Counted from the stretch's first letter, positions 22,436 through 31,718 are shown. The stretch: DNA of 64,000 nucleotides from Planctomycetota bacterium (GCA_003389215.1 QQVP01000045.1:4535-68534); one strand, 5' to 3'. A program made the numbers and translations. Notes: generated by a model from the sequence alone, not told the origin.

Positions 22436-25237
22436 ATGATGGAAAAGCTGCGAGTTCTTCTGATTTTAACGGCTGCTCTTTGCCTGCCTAGCGGCGTGGC
22501 GACGGCCGCCGTCAGTCGCCTGCCCGACGCGGTCGAGGTGTTTACCTGCGACTTCGAAGCGGAGGAGTGGGATCGCAACTTCGACGATTGGCCCGACCTC
22601 TGGAAGCGACGTGAAGGGGCGGAGTATCCGCACTATATCGAGATTGGCCTGGCCGATGCGCCCGAGCACGAAGCACCCCGCGATTCCGCGTCGGATGCTA
22701 AGCGCGGCAAGAATCGCGGACTGCGAATTCGCGCCAACTGGGGGGCGGCGGTCGCCGAGAGCCCGCCGATTCCGGTTCGCTCGCTGTTCAGCTACGTGCT
22801 CGAGGCGGACATTCTGATCGATGGCCTGGAGAACGACGAGGTGCATCTCACCGTCTCGTTCTACAACGACCGCAACGAGCTCTTGGGCGTGGAGACGAGC
22901 GACCGCTATGGCGTCGCCCGCAACTGGAAGACGGTTCGCGTCGGCCCCATGTCGTCGGCGCATACTTCGACCAGCTACGCGATCATCGGGCTGCATCTGT
23001 CCCCCACGACGCGCCCCGACCTGCGTGGCTCGGTCTACATGGACAACGTCTGGTTCGCGCGTTTGCCGCGCCTGGTCGTCTCGACGAACCGCTCGCACAA
23101 CGTCTACGTGCTGCCGGAAGAGAATCGGAATCGTCGCGGCGGCCAGGATCAGAATGAAACCGAGTACATCGAGCCCGAAATTCGTTGCGAGGTTTCGGGG
23201 CTGTTGGAGCGCGACCCGATGCTCAAGTTCGAGGTGGTCGACGTCTTTTCCAAGTCGATCGCCCGCACGCAACACCGCCTGGAAGGTCAGGTCGTCGCCG
23301 AGAAGTCGTCCCGCGCGTCGGAGGTGTTTGCCACGAAGACACAGAGCCAGGCGGGCTACGCCGGCACCACCAGCTGGAAGCCCGGCATCAAGGAAGAGGG
23401 CTTTTACGAGGCGCGGGTCTCGATGTATGCGCGACGCGACGGGAAGGCGAACGCCGAGACGCTGATCGACGAAGAACGAATCACCTTCGCCATCGTCAAG
23501 GCAAGCGGGGCCTACGACCTGCCGAGTCGCGGTGAGTTCGGCTGGACGCTGCCCCGGGGCGACGATCCGCTGCCGCTGGCCGACCTCGAACAGTTGGTCA
23601 GTCACGTCGGCATCAACTGGATCAAGTTCCCGGTGTGGTACGGGGCGAGCGACGACGGCCGGGCCGATCAGCTTGTCCGTTTCGCCGAACGTTTGAGCCT
23701 TGCCAAGGTCGAGACGGTCGGTCTGTTGCATCAGCCGCCCGAGGAACTGCACCAGCACTACGGCGACAACCCCAACGCGGCGGCGATCTTCACCTCCGAT
23801 CCGCAGATCTGGAAACCGACCCTCGACGCGGTGATGACACGCTTGTCGCTCAAAATTCGTTGGTGGCAGTTGGGCCTCGATCAGGACGACAGCTTTGCGA
23901 ACGACCCCGATCTGATCGGCAAGATCGAGCAGATCAAGCGCAACCTGTACCAGTTCGGCCAGGAAGCCTTCGTCGGCATCGGTTGGCGGTGGATCAACGA
24001 GCCGGTCGAGGCCCCGAGCATTCCCTGGCGATTCCTTTCGCTTTCGTCCGAACCGCCGTTGACGGCCGGCGACCTGAAGAACTACCTGGCCCCGCGGCGG
24101 GTCGAACAGCCGGAGCTGGAAGAAGGCGAGGCACCGCCGCCGCCCAACAAACAGGCGCTGCGTTGGGTGGTTGTCGAGCCCCTGCCCCGCGACAGCTACG
24201 ATCGCGAAACCCGGGCCACCGACTTGATTCATCGCATGCTGGCGGCCAAGATCGGCGGCGCCGAGGGAGTGTTCATCCCCAACCCCTTCGACGACGAGCG
24301 AGGCCTGATGCACGCCGACGGCACGCCCGGCGAATTGCTGCTGCCCTGGCGAACCACGGCCCTGCAGCTGGCCGGAGCCGAATACCTGGGCAGTATCCGC
24401 ATGCCGGGGGGAAGCCAGAATCACGTCTTCAGCCGCGAAGGCAAGGCGACCATGGTGATCTGGAACGAGAAGCCGACCGAAGAAGCGATCTTCCTCGGCG
24501 AGAAGATCACGATCACCGACATCTGGGGACGCGTGGCGGACCTGACCGAGGCCGAGTCGAATCAAGAGGGTCGGCCGGTCATCTCGGTGGGGCCCTTGCC
24601 CGTGTTCGTCACCGGGGTGAGCGAACCGATCATGCGCATGCGGATGTCGACGCAATTCGAAGAAGAGCGTCTGCCCAGCATCTTTGGACGCAGTCACGAG
24701 CAGCAGATTCGCTTACGAAATTTCTTCCCAACCGGCATCGACGGTCGGCTCCGCGTGTACGGACCCAAGGAGTGGGACATCTCGCCTGAGTGGATTCGCG
24801 TGAACCTGGCCAGCGGCGAGGCCGCGGCGACCCTGTTCGAGATCAAGTTGCCCTACGGTGCCACCAGCGGTCGCCAAGAGATTGTCGTCGACTTCGAGCT
24901 GCGGGGACAGGAGCGCTTCAGCGTTTACCGGCACATCGACGTCGGACTCGACGGAATCAGCGTCGACGTAGTCACGCATCTAAGTGAGGAGGGCGACCTG
25001 GAAGTTCGCCAACAAGTGACGAACCGACGCGACGAGCCGATCAGCTTCACGTGTACGCTGCTGCCGCCGAAACGCCGTCGTATGCGGACACAGATCTTGC
25101 AGCTGGGCCGCGACACCGATACGCGAACCTACCGCCTCAGCAACGGGAACGAGTTGATCGGTCAGACGCTGCGGTTGAGCCTCGAAGAAATTGGTGGACA
25201 GCGCGTGCTGAACTACCGCATCCAGGTCAAACCGTAG
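22436..25237 (+). CDS. Large secreted hypothetical protein (about 933 aa)
   Basis: Signal peptide MMEKLRVLLILTAALCLPSGVATAA. Balanced, non-shadow composition. No catalytic motif recognised. The antisense ORF 22466..24697 is Arg/Gly-rich and rejected. Confidence 0.8.
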   Translation: MMEKLRVLLILTAALCLPSGVATAAVSRLPDAVEVFTCDFEAEEWDRNFDDWPDLWKRREGAEYPHYIEIGLADAPEHEAPRDSASDAKRGKNRGLRIRANWGAAVAESPPIPVRSLFSYVLEADILIDGLENDEVHLTVSFYNDRNELLGVETSDRYGVARNWKTVRVGPMSSAHTSTSYAIIGLHLSPTTRPDLRGSVYMDNVWFARLPRLVVSTNRSHNVYVLPEENRNRRGGQDQNETEYIEPEIRCEVSGLLERDPMLKFEVVDVFSKSIARTQHRLEGQVVAEKSSRASEVFATKTQSQAGYAGTTSWKPGIKEEGFYEARVSMYARRDGKANAETLIDEERITFAIVKASGAYDLPSRGEFGWTLPRGDDPLPLADLEQLVSHVGINWIKFPVWYGASDDGRADQLVRFAERLSLAKVETVGLLHQPPEELHQHYGDNPNAAAIFTSDPQIWKPTLDAVMTRLSLKIRWWQLGLDQDDSFANDPDLIGKIEQIKRNLYQFGQEAFVGIGWRWINEPVEAPSIPWRFLSLSSEPPLTAGDLKNYLAPRRVEQPELEEGEAPPPPNKQALRWVVVEPLPRDSYDRETRATDLIHRMLAAKIGGAEGVFIPNPFDDERGLMHADGTPGELLLPWRTTALQLAGAEYLGSIRMPGGSQNHVFSREGKATMVIWNEKPTEEAIFLGEKITITDIWGRVADLTEAESNQEGRPVISVGPLPVFVTGVSEPIMRMRMSTQFEEERLPSIFGRSHEQQIRLRNFFPTGIDGRLRVYGPKEWDISPEWIRVNLASGEAAATLFEIKLPYGATSGRQEIVVDFELRGQERFSVYRHIDVGLDGISVDVVTHLSEEGDLEVRQQVTNRRDEPISFTCTLLPPKRRRMRTQILQLGRDTDTRTYRLSNGNELIGQTLRLSLEEIGGQRVLNYRIQVKP

Positions 25238-25449
25238 TGCCGCCGCGGCGGCGAGCCGGACCGACCCGGTCACCATGTCGCCCGCTGCCGCAGATCGGCC
25301 TGGCAGCAGGTCCGGCTGGGCAAGGGCCCCCCCGTCCAGTAACTTGACGTTTCCGTCCGGTAACTTGTCGTCACGAGTGCTCGACGACGTCGGGTTTTCG
25401 GACCTTCCCCTTATGCGTCGGCATCGCCCGCCGGCGGACCGCCCCGCTT

Positions 25450-26265
25450 ATGGCCAGCGTCGCATCCATCGCGCAGTTCTTGGACACCCTCGCACCGCCG
25501 CCGCTGGCCGAGTCGTGGGACAATGTCGGCTTGCTGGTCGGCGATGGCGCGGCGGAAGTAGCCCGCGTCATGACCTGCCTGACGATCACCGCAGAGACCG
25601 TGGCCGAGGTGGTCGAGGCCGGCGCGGAGCTCGTCGTCACGCACCATCCTTTGCCGTTTCGACCGCTGCAGCGAATTACCGCCGATCGCCCCGAGGGTCG
25701 CTACCTGCTCGATTTGATTTCCACAGGCGTGGCCGTTTACAGCGCGCATACGGCCTTCGACTCGGCGGCCGCGGGCATCAATCAGCAACTGGCAACCGGT
25801 TTGGGATTGATCGAGGTCGCGCCGCTGGTGCCGCTCGACAAAGCGCGAGCCAGTGCCGGCGACGGATTGGATTCGCTCGGCGCCGGTCGCCACGGTCGCC
25901 TGCCGGCGGCTACCACGCTCGGCGCCTTGTTGGAACAGGCCAAGAAGTTTCTCGACATTTCGGCGGTTCGCTACGTCGGCAATGTCGACGAGCGAATCGA
26001 GCGCGTCGCCGTGGCCTGCGGCAGTGCGGGCGAGTTTCTCGAACCGGCCCGACAGGCGGGGTGCGAGATACTCGTTACGGGCGAGACGAGTTTTCACACC
26101 TGTCTGGAGGCGGAGGCCACAGGCGTGTTCCTGGTGCTGCTGGGTCACTTCGCCAGCGAGCGGTTCGCTTTGGACGCTCTGGCGGCGATGCTAGCGAAGG
26201 AGTTTTCGGACCTCGACGTCTGGGCGAGCCGCCAGGAACGCGATCCAATTCGCTGGTCCGACTAG
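25450..26265 (+). CDS. Nif3-family dinuclear metal-centre protein
   Basis: ESWDNVGLLVGD, VVTHHPLPF, YSAHTAFD and a C-terminal GHFASE-type segment. Confidence 0.85.
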   Translation: MASVASIAQFLDTLAPPPLAESWDNVGLLVGDGAAEVARVMTCLTITAETVAEVVEAGAELVVTHHPLPFRPLQRITADRPEGRYLLDLISTGVAVYSAHTAFDSAAAGINQQLATGLGLIEVAPLVPLDKARASAGDGLDSLGAGRHGRLPAATTLGALLEQAKKFLDISAVRYVGNVDERIERVAVACGSAGEFLEPARQAGCEILVTGETSFHTCLEAEATGVFLVLLGHFASERFALDALAAMLAKEFSDLDVWASRQERDPIRWSD

Positions 26266-26416
26266 CGCGCCGCGGCGGCAACCGGGGGCAAATTGCACCT
26301 TCTGCACGGGGACGCTTACTCAAATTGCTGCCGCAAATCTTGCGCCATCGCTGTCTTCCCCACGGCAAAAGCGATCGCGATCGGCGCGAGGTACTTTTCT
26401 CGCCCCCTGCCTCGTC

Positions 26417-26422
26417 TAGAAT
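26417..26422 (+). promoter_or_regulatory. -10-like box TAGAAT (cTAGAAT), 61 nt upstream of the GT2 gene
   Basis: One of five intergenic c/tTAGAAT occurrences, all oriented towards a downstream gene. Confidence 0.25.
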
Positions 26423-26482
26423 GGAGAGTCTTGCCTCGATCGCCCGCGACAAACTCCCCTGACGAATTCTGGTTGACTCCGC

Positions 26483-27280
26483 ATGCCGCACGAAGCCACG
26501 CAACAAGCAGCAACGGGGCCCCGGTTTCTCGTTGCCTTGCCCGTTTACAACGAGCGCAGGCACGTCGACGACGTGCTCAATGAAGTCTTCAAGTACAGCA
26601 AGGACGTGTTGGTCGTCGACGACGGCTCGGACGACGGCACCGCCGAAGTCCTGTCGGCCCGCCGTGACATTCTGATCATTCGCCATCCCGAGAATCGCGG
26701 TTACGGCGCGGCCCTGGTCACCGCCTTCGAGGCCGCCGTGCGAATGGGCTACGACGTCCTGGTCACCATTGACTGCGACGGCCAGCACGAGCCCCAGAGG
26801 ATTCCCGACTTCGTCGCCGCTTGTCGCGACGCCGACATCGTCTCGGGCAGTCGCTATCTGCAGCAGTTTGCCGGCGACTCGGCCCCGCCCGAGGAACGTC
26901 GCCGCATCAACATGCAGGTCACTGCCGAGTTGAATCGCCGGCTCTGCCTCGAATTGACCGACGCCTTCTGCGGGTTCAAGGCCTATCGCGTCGAGGCGTT
27001 GGCAAAACTGCACATCGACGAGCCAGGCTATGCCATGCCGCTGCAGGTCTGGGTCGAGGCGGCCCGCTCAGGGTTGAAGGTCATCGAGTTGCCGGTGCCG
27101 CTCATCTATCTCGAGGAGAAGCGCAGCTTCGGCGGCGCGCTCGACGACGGCCAGACTCGCATGGAGTACTATCACATGGTGCTCGACCGCAACATCGCGG
27201 CGGCACAGGCGGCGTTTGGCTCCAGCTCCGATCAGACACCGTCCGACACGGGCACGCTATGCGGGGAATGTGCGGAATGA
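26483..27280 (+). CDS. Family 2 glycosyltransferase (polyprenol-phosphate / DPM1-like, soluble)
   Basis: LPVYNERRHV, VVDDGSDDGT, IDCDGQHEP (DxD-type) and FCGFKAYR. No TM segments. Confidence 0.85.
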   Translation: MPHEATQQAATGPRFLVALPVYNERRHVDDVLNEVFKYSKDVLVVDDGSDDGTAEVLSARRDILIIRHPENRGYGAALVTAFEAAVRMGYDVLVTIDCDGQHEPQRIPDFVAACRDADIVSGSRYLQQFAGDSAPPEERRRINMQVTAELNRRLCLELTDAFCGFKAYRVEALAKLHIDEPGYAMPLQVWVEAARSGLKVIELPVPLIYLEEKRSFGGALDDGQTRMEYYHMVLDRNIAAAQAAFGSSSDQTPSDTGTLCGECAE

Positions 27281-28911
27281 GTGTGGCGGAGCGACCTCCT
27301 CGCCAGCGAAAGCTCGTCGCGCCGCGCGAAGACCGCGGACTGTTGGTCGACCCTCCGGCGCGTGACATCCCCGCGCGGATCGACCGCAATCTGGCCCTGC
27401 GTCGTGAGGTTTACGCCGAAGTCGACCTGCAGGGACGCACGCTCGGTGAGCTCACCGCCAGCGCACGCCGGCAGCTCTGCGATGCGGCCGTCGCCTATAC
27501 CCGCACGTATCGCGACATCTGTGTTACGACCTGTCAACCCGAGCGACCCGTGCTGTTGGCCGGTCACCAGCCGACGCTGTTTCATCCCGGTGTGTGGTCC
27601 AAGAACTTCGCCCTGGCCGAGTTGGCCGCGCGGAACGACGCCACGGCGGTCAATCTGCTGATCGACGGCGACGCCGTGAAATCGTTGGAAGTCGCCGTCC
27701 CAGGCGGAACGCCTCAGCGACCGACGCTCACCTCGCTGCCGCTCGACGTCGGTCGCGTCGACGGCATGCCCTTCGAAGAGTATCGCCTGGCTGATTTGCA
27801 GGCGTTTCGCGCCTTCGGGCAGCGGGCCACCGAACAGATTTGCGAGTTGGTCGGCGATCCGTTGATCCACGATTACTGGTCGCTGGCCCAACAACGGGCC
27901 GAAGAGACGGGACGGTTGGGATTGAGTCTGGCCCAGTCGCGCCACCAGCTCGAATCGTATTGGGGCTGCGCCACGTTGGAACTCCCACAAAGCAAAGTCT
28001 GCGAGTTCGACGCGTTTCGCCACTTCGCGGCCCACGTGCTCGCGCACCTGCCGCGGTTCTGGGATCTGCACAACGCGGCGGTCCGCGCCTATCGACGTCG
28101 GCATCGCGTACGGAGCATGGCCCATCCGGTGCCCGACCTGGCCGCCGACGGTCGCTATCTCGAAGCGCCGTTTTGGATCTGGGATGCCGAGGATCGCCGT
28201 CGCCGGCCGCTGTTCGTGGCTCAAGAGGACGGCGAGCTAAGACTGACCGATCGGGGGAAGCTCGACCTTCGACTTTCGGCCAGTTGCGAGGGCGATCTCG
28301 ACCTGGCCTGCGAGCAGCTGGCCGCCCTGTCGGCTCGCGGCATCAAGATTCGCACCCGCGCATTGTTGACGACCTTGTTCGCCCGTCTGCTGCTGGGCGA
28401 TCTGTTCGTGCACGGCATCGGCGGGGCGAAGTACGACGCCCTGACCGACGTGCTGTTGCGGCGTTTCTGCGGACTCGTGCCGCCGGAGTTCGTCACGCTG
28501 TCGGCAACGCTGCACCTGCCGATCGAACGCCCGGCGGCCACCCGCGACGACGTGCGAGAAGTCGAGCAGGCGTTGCGAGACCTGGTCTATCATCCCGAAA
28601 CTGCACTCGATGCCGACCAGCTCTCGGCCGATGCGGAGCTGCGTCGCCAGGTGGCGGAAAAGCGGCACTGGATCCACACCGAACAGACGCTGGAGAACGC
28701 CCGCCGCCGTTGTCAGGCCATTCGCCAGGCGAACGAAACGATGCAGCCGCACCTGGCGGACCGCCGGGCCCGCTTGTTGGCCCGCCGCGATTTCTTGCTC
28801 TCGGCCCTGCGGAACGAGCGGATTCTCGGTTCGCGGGAGTATGCCTTCTGCCTTTACTCCGGCCGTCAATTGCAGGATTTTCTGCTTGACTATCTGCCAG
28901 CACACGTATAA
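27277..28911 (+). CDS. Conserved hypothetical 544-aa protein, BshC-like (putative ligase fold with a C-terminal coiled coil)
   Basis: ATG 27277 overlaps the GT2 stop (ATGA). Motifs LLAGHQPTLFHPGVWSKN (residues about 93-110) and RTRALLTTLF...FVHGIGGAKYD (about 359-386), plus a helical Arg/Gln-rich C-terminus. These parallel, from my recollection, the BshC motifs GGQQxGLxxGPxY and TRPLxQE...GPGExxYW at similar positions. The CDS is confident; the function is not. Confidence 0.6.
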   Translation: MSVAERPPRQRKLVAPREDRGLLVDPPARDIPARIDRNLALRREVYAEVDLQGRTLGELTASARRQLCDAAVAYTRTYRDICVTTCQPERPVLLAGHQPTLFHPGVWSKNFALAELAARNDATAVNLLIDGDAVKSLEVAVPGGTPQRPTLTSLPLDVGRVDGMPFEEYRLADLQAFRAFGQRATEQICELVGDPLIHDYWSLAQQRAEETGRLGLSLAQSRHQLESYWGCATLELPQSKVCEFDAFRHFAAHVLAHLPRFWDLHNAAVRAYRRRHRVRSMAHPVPDLAADGRYLEAPFWIWDAEDRRRRPLFVAQEDGELRLTDRGKLDLRLSASCEGDLDLACEQLAALSARGIKIRTRALLTTLFARLLLGDLFVHGIGGAKYDALTDVLLRRFCGLVPPEFVTLSATLHLPIERPAATRDDVREVEQALRDLVYHPETALDADQLSADAELRRQVAEKRHWIHTEQTLENARRRCQAIRQANETMQPHLADRRARLLARRDFLLSALRNERILGSREYAFCLYSGRQLQDFLLDYLPAHV

Positions 28912-29078
28912 TTGCGGGTGGCCAGTCCCCAAGGCGGCGGCACTTCACATCTTGCTTTGGGAATCGGGTTCATTCGAGAGGCCCCCGGTCCCAAATCGCC
29001 GCACCGTCTGGAAACGCGTAGGAACAGAGAAAGGGCAAGCGGCACCGACCGCTCTTCGGTAGTAAGGGAATCGAGGAG

Positions 29079-30587
29079 ATGCACGTCGAGACCCCCGGCG
29101 CGCGCACGTTCTGTGCGCATGCGCTCCCATCTATCGGGGCCCCGGTTTCCGGGACCGCAGCAGACCATGGTGCCGTGGCCAGGTTCCTCACGGCCGTCTT
29201 CCAGCAACCCTCGGCCGAGGAGTTCGCTTCTTCGGTCGACGATCCGTTCTACGATCCGGCCGATCGCATTCTGCTCAAGCATGGGTCGCACATTCTGGCC
29301 CATGCCCAACTCACCTGGCGGACGTTGCACTACGGCGCCGCAAAGTGGCCACTCTGTCGCGTCAACTGGCTCGGCGTGTTGCCCGAGTACGACGATCGCG
29401 GACTGGCCAACGCGGTGTTGGACGAAGTGGAAACGCAACTTCGCCAGCTTCGTCCCGCCATCGTCGAACTCGGCTGTAAACATTCGCCGCTGAGTCGACG
29501 ACCCGGCTGGGCCGCGGTCGGACGCTACACGTTTTCACAGGCCAGTCCCCGCGACGTGCTGGCCCACCTGGTCGAGCAACAGTGCCAGGAGGAGCGGCTG
29601 GCGGCCACCCCCTTCGGAAGATCGAAGACGCAGATCGACACCCGCATTTGGCGACGGTACGAGTTGCCCGAGCTGATGCGCATTTATCGCGAAAACGCCG
29701 AAGGGACCTACGGTCGACTGCAAAGGACGGAGACCTATTGGCAATGGCTGTTGGCCCGCCAGGCCTACGACCAGATCTACGTGGCCGTCGAGCGACCGCG
29801 TGGTGCGGCCGCAGGCGGCGTCTGCGACGAGCTGCTCGCCGGCGGACGCTTCGGCGCCGCGGGCGACGGTTCGCGGCCGAGTTCGGCCCGCAAGCGCACG
29901 ACCAACGGGCGTGGCAAGGCGAACGCCAACGGCCACGCGAATCGAATCGCGGGTGAGTTCGCAAATCGCGACGAATTCGAAGGACCGGCCGAAAAGCGCA
30001 TCGTGGCCTATGCCGTGGTGCGCAATTCGAACCTCGTCGAGTTGATGTTCGACCCCGGCTACGAGAAAGCGGCACAAAAGCTCGTCGAGCGGGCCTGCCG
30101 CGACGCGATCGAGCGGGACCATCACGTGCTGCGCGTGCACGGTCCCGAAAACTCGCCGCTGCACCCGTTGCTGGTCGAGGCGGGAGGCACGTTTCATCCG
30201 CGCGAGGCGATGCGCGGGGCGACCATGTTTGTTTGGTTGCCCGACGTGCCGCGTCACCTGGCGCGGATCGCTCCCGAGTTGATTGCCCGGGCTCGCGGGG
30301 CCGGTCTGGAACTGCCGGTCGAGTTGGGACTGAAGATTGGCTCGCAATGTCAGACGTTCGCGCTCCGTGGTCGCAAGGCCTACCTCGACTCCGGCCAGCC
30401 TGGCCGCAGTTATATCGCCTGCGACGAGCAGACCTGGACCCGGCTGCTGTCCGGCTACGAGAGTGCGGCGGCGGCGCTGGCGGCCGGCCGACTCACCGCT
30501 TCGACCGCCGCGGCTGAGCGGACGGCCATTGCGTTGTGGCCCGACCTCTCCCTCTGGCGACCTGCCTGGGACGATCTGTCGGCGTAG
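29079..30587 (+). CDS. Multi-domain GNAT acetyltransferase (Eis-like: GNAT-GNAT-SCP2-like tail)
   Basis: N-terminal GNAT-like region (AADHGAVARFLTAVF..., WLGVLPEYDDRGLANAVL). Second region VAYAVVRNSNLVELMF. The C-terminal ...LLSGYESAAAALAAGRL resembles the SCP2-like end of Eis-family proteins. A low-complexity basic insert lies at residues about 245-300. Confidence 0.65.
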   Translation: MHVETPGARTFCAHALPSIGAPVSGTAADHGAVARFLTAVFQQPSAEEFASSVDDPFYDPADRILLKHGSHILAHAQLTWRTLHYGAAKWPLCRVNWLGVLPEYDDRGLANAVLDEVETQLRQLRPAIVELGCKHSPLSRRPGWAAVGRYTFSQASPRDVLAHLVEQQCQEERLAATPFGRSKTQIDTRIWRRYELPELMRIYRENAEGTYGRLQRTETYWQWLLARQAYDQIYVAVERPRGAAAGGVCDELLAGGRFGAAGDGSRPSSARKRTTNGRGKANANGHANRIAGEFANRDEFEGPAEKRIVAYAVVRNSNLVELMFDPGYEKAAQKLVERACRDAIERDHHVLRVHGPENSPLHPLLVEAGGTFHPREAMRGATMFVWLPDVPRHLARIAPELIARARGAGLELPVELGLKIGSQCQTFALRGRKAYLDSGQPGRSYIACDEQTWTRLLSGYESAAAALAAGRLTASTAAAERTAIALWPDLSLWRPAWDDLSA

Positions 30588-30741
30588 GTTCCAGGTGCAT
30601 AACCCTTTGTGTGGCGGCGAGTTCGGTAGTTCCCGTCGAGTGCCGGCTCTTCACGGCATGCGGGTTCACCGTCCGCGACCTGGCGGCGGCCCACTGCGCA
30701 CCGGGCGGGGTTTCCACCTTCGACTTCCCGCCGCGAGCGCC

Positions 30742-30747
30742 TAGAAT
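30742..30747 (+). promoter_or_regulatory. -10-like box TAGAAT (cTAGAAT) upstream of the membrane-protein pair
   Basis: 139 nt upstream of ATG 30886. Confidence 0.25.
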
Positions 30748-30885
30748 GAGTCGCTTGCACCCTCTCAGGTTGGCCGGGACGAGGCCGGCGTGGGGCTTCG
30801 GTCGCTGTTCTGATTGAGCCCGGCCGCGGTTCCGCCTGTCGCCATCGTGCGGCATCTGTCCCCTTTGGCGTTTGGCAGCTCGGAT

Positions 30886-31515
30886 ATGTCAGAAGACTCG
30901 GAACGGAACGCGGTTGAATTGAAGAACCCCCTTTGGGCGGCGGGGCTGGCCCTGTTGATTCCCGGTCTGGGCCACCTCTACCAGGGTCGCTACGCCAAGG
31001 GCCTGCTGTTCATGTTCTGCATCCTGCCGACGTTTTTTCTCGGCTGGAGCTTGGGCGGCGGCAAGGTCGTCTACGCCGAGTTCCGCCCGGTGCGGGGCTT
31101 TTCCGATCTGTTCGAGCAGCGCTGGCACTATGTCGGCCAGTTTTGGGTCGGCCTGCCGGCCTGGCCGGCCCTGGTGCAAACGGTGTTCAATGAGCCGCTG
31201 GGCGAAGATTTCATGACCGCGCCCGAGCCACCGTTCCAAGCCAACGAAGGGGGCGAAGAGGCCGACTGGATCGAGAGGGCGCCGGAATATTACGAACTCG
31301 GGACGGTCTACACCTTGATCGCCGGGATCTTGAACTTGCTCGTCATCTTCGATGCCGCGGGTGGGCCGATCCTGCCTCTCCGCAAGGAAGAGGAAGACGA
31401 CGAGGTCGCCAAACAGGGTGAATCGGGTGCCGTTGGCGGCGGCAAAGGGAAGTCGCCCGGCGAGGCGCGCGTCGGGGGCGCCACGACGACGGCGAAAGGA
31501 GCGAGCCGAGCATGA
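30886..31515 (+). CDS. Membrane protein with a PGLGHLYQGR motif
   Basis: NPLWAAGLALLIPGLGHLYQGRYAKGLLFMF plus further TM segments. Start at ATG 30886 (the track start 30814 is TTG). Confidence 0.7.
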   Translation: MSEDSERNAVELKNPLWAAGLALLIPGLGHLYQGRYAKGLLFMFCILPTFFLGWSLGGGKVVYAEFRPVRGFSDLFEQRWHYVGQFWVGLPAWPALVQTVFNEPLGEDFMTAPEPPFQANEGGEEADWIERAPEYYELGTVYTLIAGILNLLVIFDAAGGPILPLRKEEEDDEVAKQGESGAVGGGKGKSPGEARVGGATTTAKGASRA

Positions 31516-31718
31516 TCGCTGCCTTGCTGCTACTGGCCCAGTTCCCCATGAACCGTATGTGGTTTGCCGTCCCGCTGATCATTTCGGTGTCACTCGTTTA
31601 CGCCGGCACGCGCCACGAAGCGATGAGGCCGATCTTGCGCCACGCCGTTAGCTGTGCCGTCTGGATGACCGGCTTCATCGCCGCGATCATGTTGCTTCTT
31701 TGGCTACTCGGCGGCTAG
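31512..31718 (+). CDS. Small membrane protein (68 aa, 3 predicted TM)
   Basis: ATG overlaps the upstream stop (ATGA). Strongly hydrophobic helices. Confidence 0.55.
   Translation: MIAALLLLAQFPMNRMWFAVPLIISVSLVYAGTRHEAMRPILRHAVSCAVWMTGFIAAIMLLLWLLGG

Noticed and set aside
22466-24697. Other long antisense ORFs: 22466..24697(-), 3791..5011(-), 11747..13288(-), 13292..14566(-), 32138..33787(+), 43313..44818(+), 55560..57143(+), 20412..21509(-), 17789..18937(+)
   Set aside because: For the seven I checked (the first seven listed), the ORF is in the same codon-aligned register as the recognisable gene on the other strand: the 933-aa secreted protein, groEL, DUF58, putA, sulfatase, sulfite reductase and PPIase. 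All have the Arg/Gly/Ala-rich composition typical of shadow ORFs in high-GC DNA.
26821-27276. The ORF-track version of the BshC-like gene starts at 26821 (696 aa), overlapping the GT2 gene by 456 nt
   Set aside because: The upstream extension is an Arg-rich out-of-frame read-through of the GT2 coding region. The ATG at 27277, overlapping the GT2 stop (ATGA), gives a sensible N-terminus.
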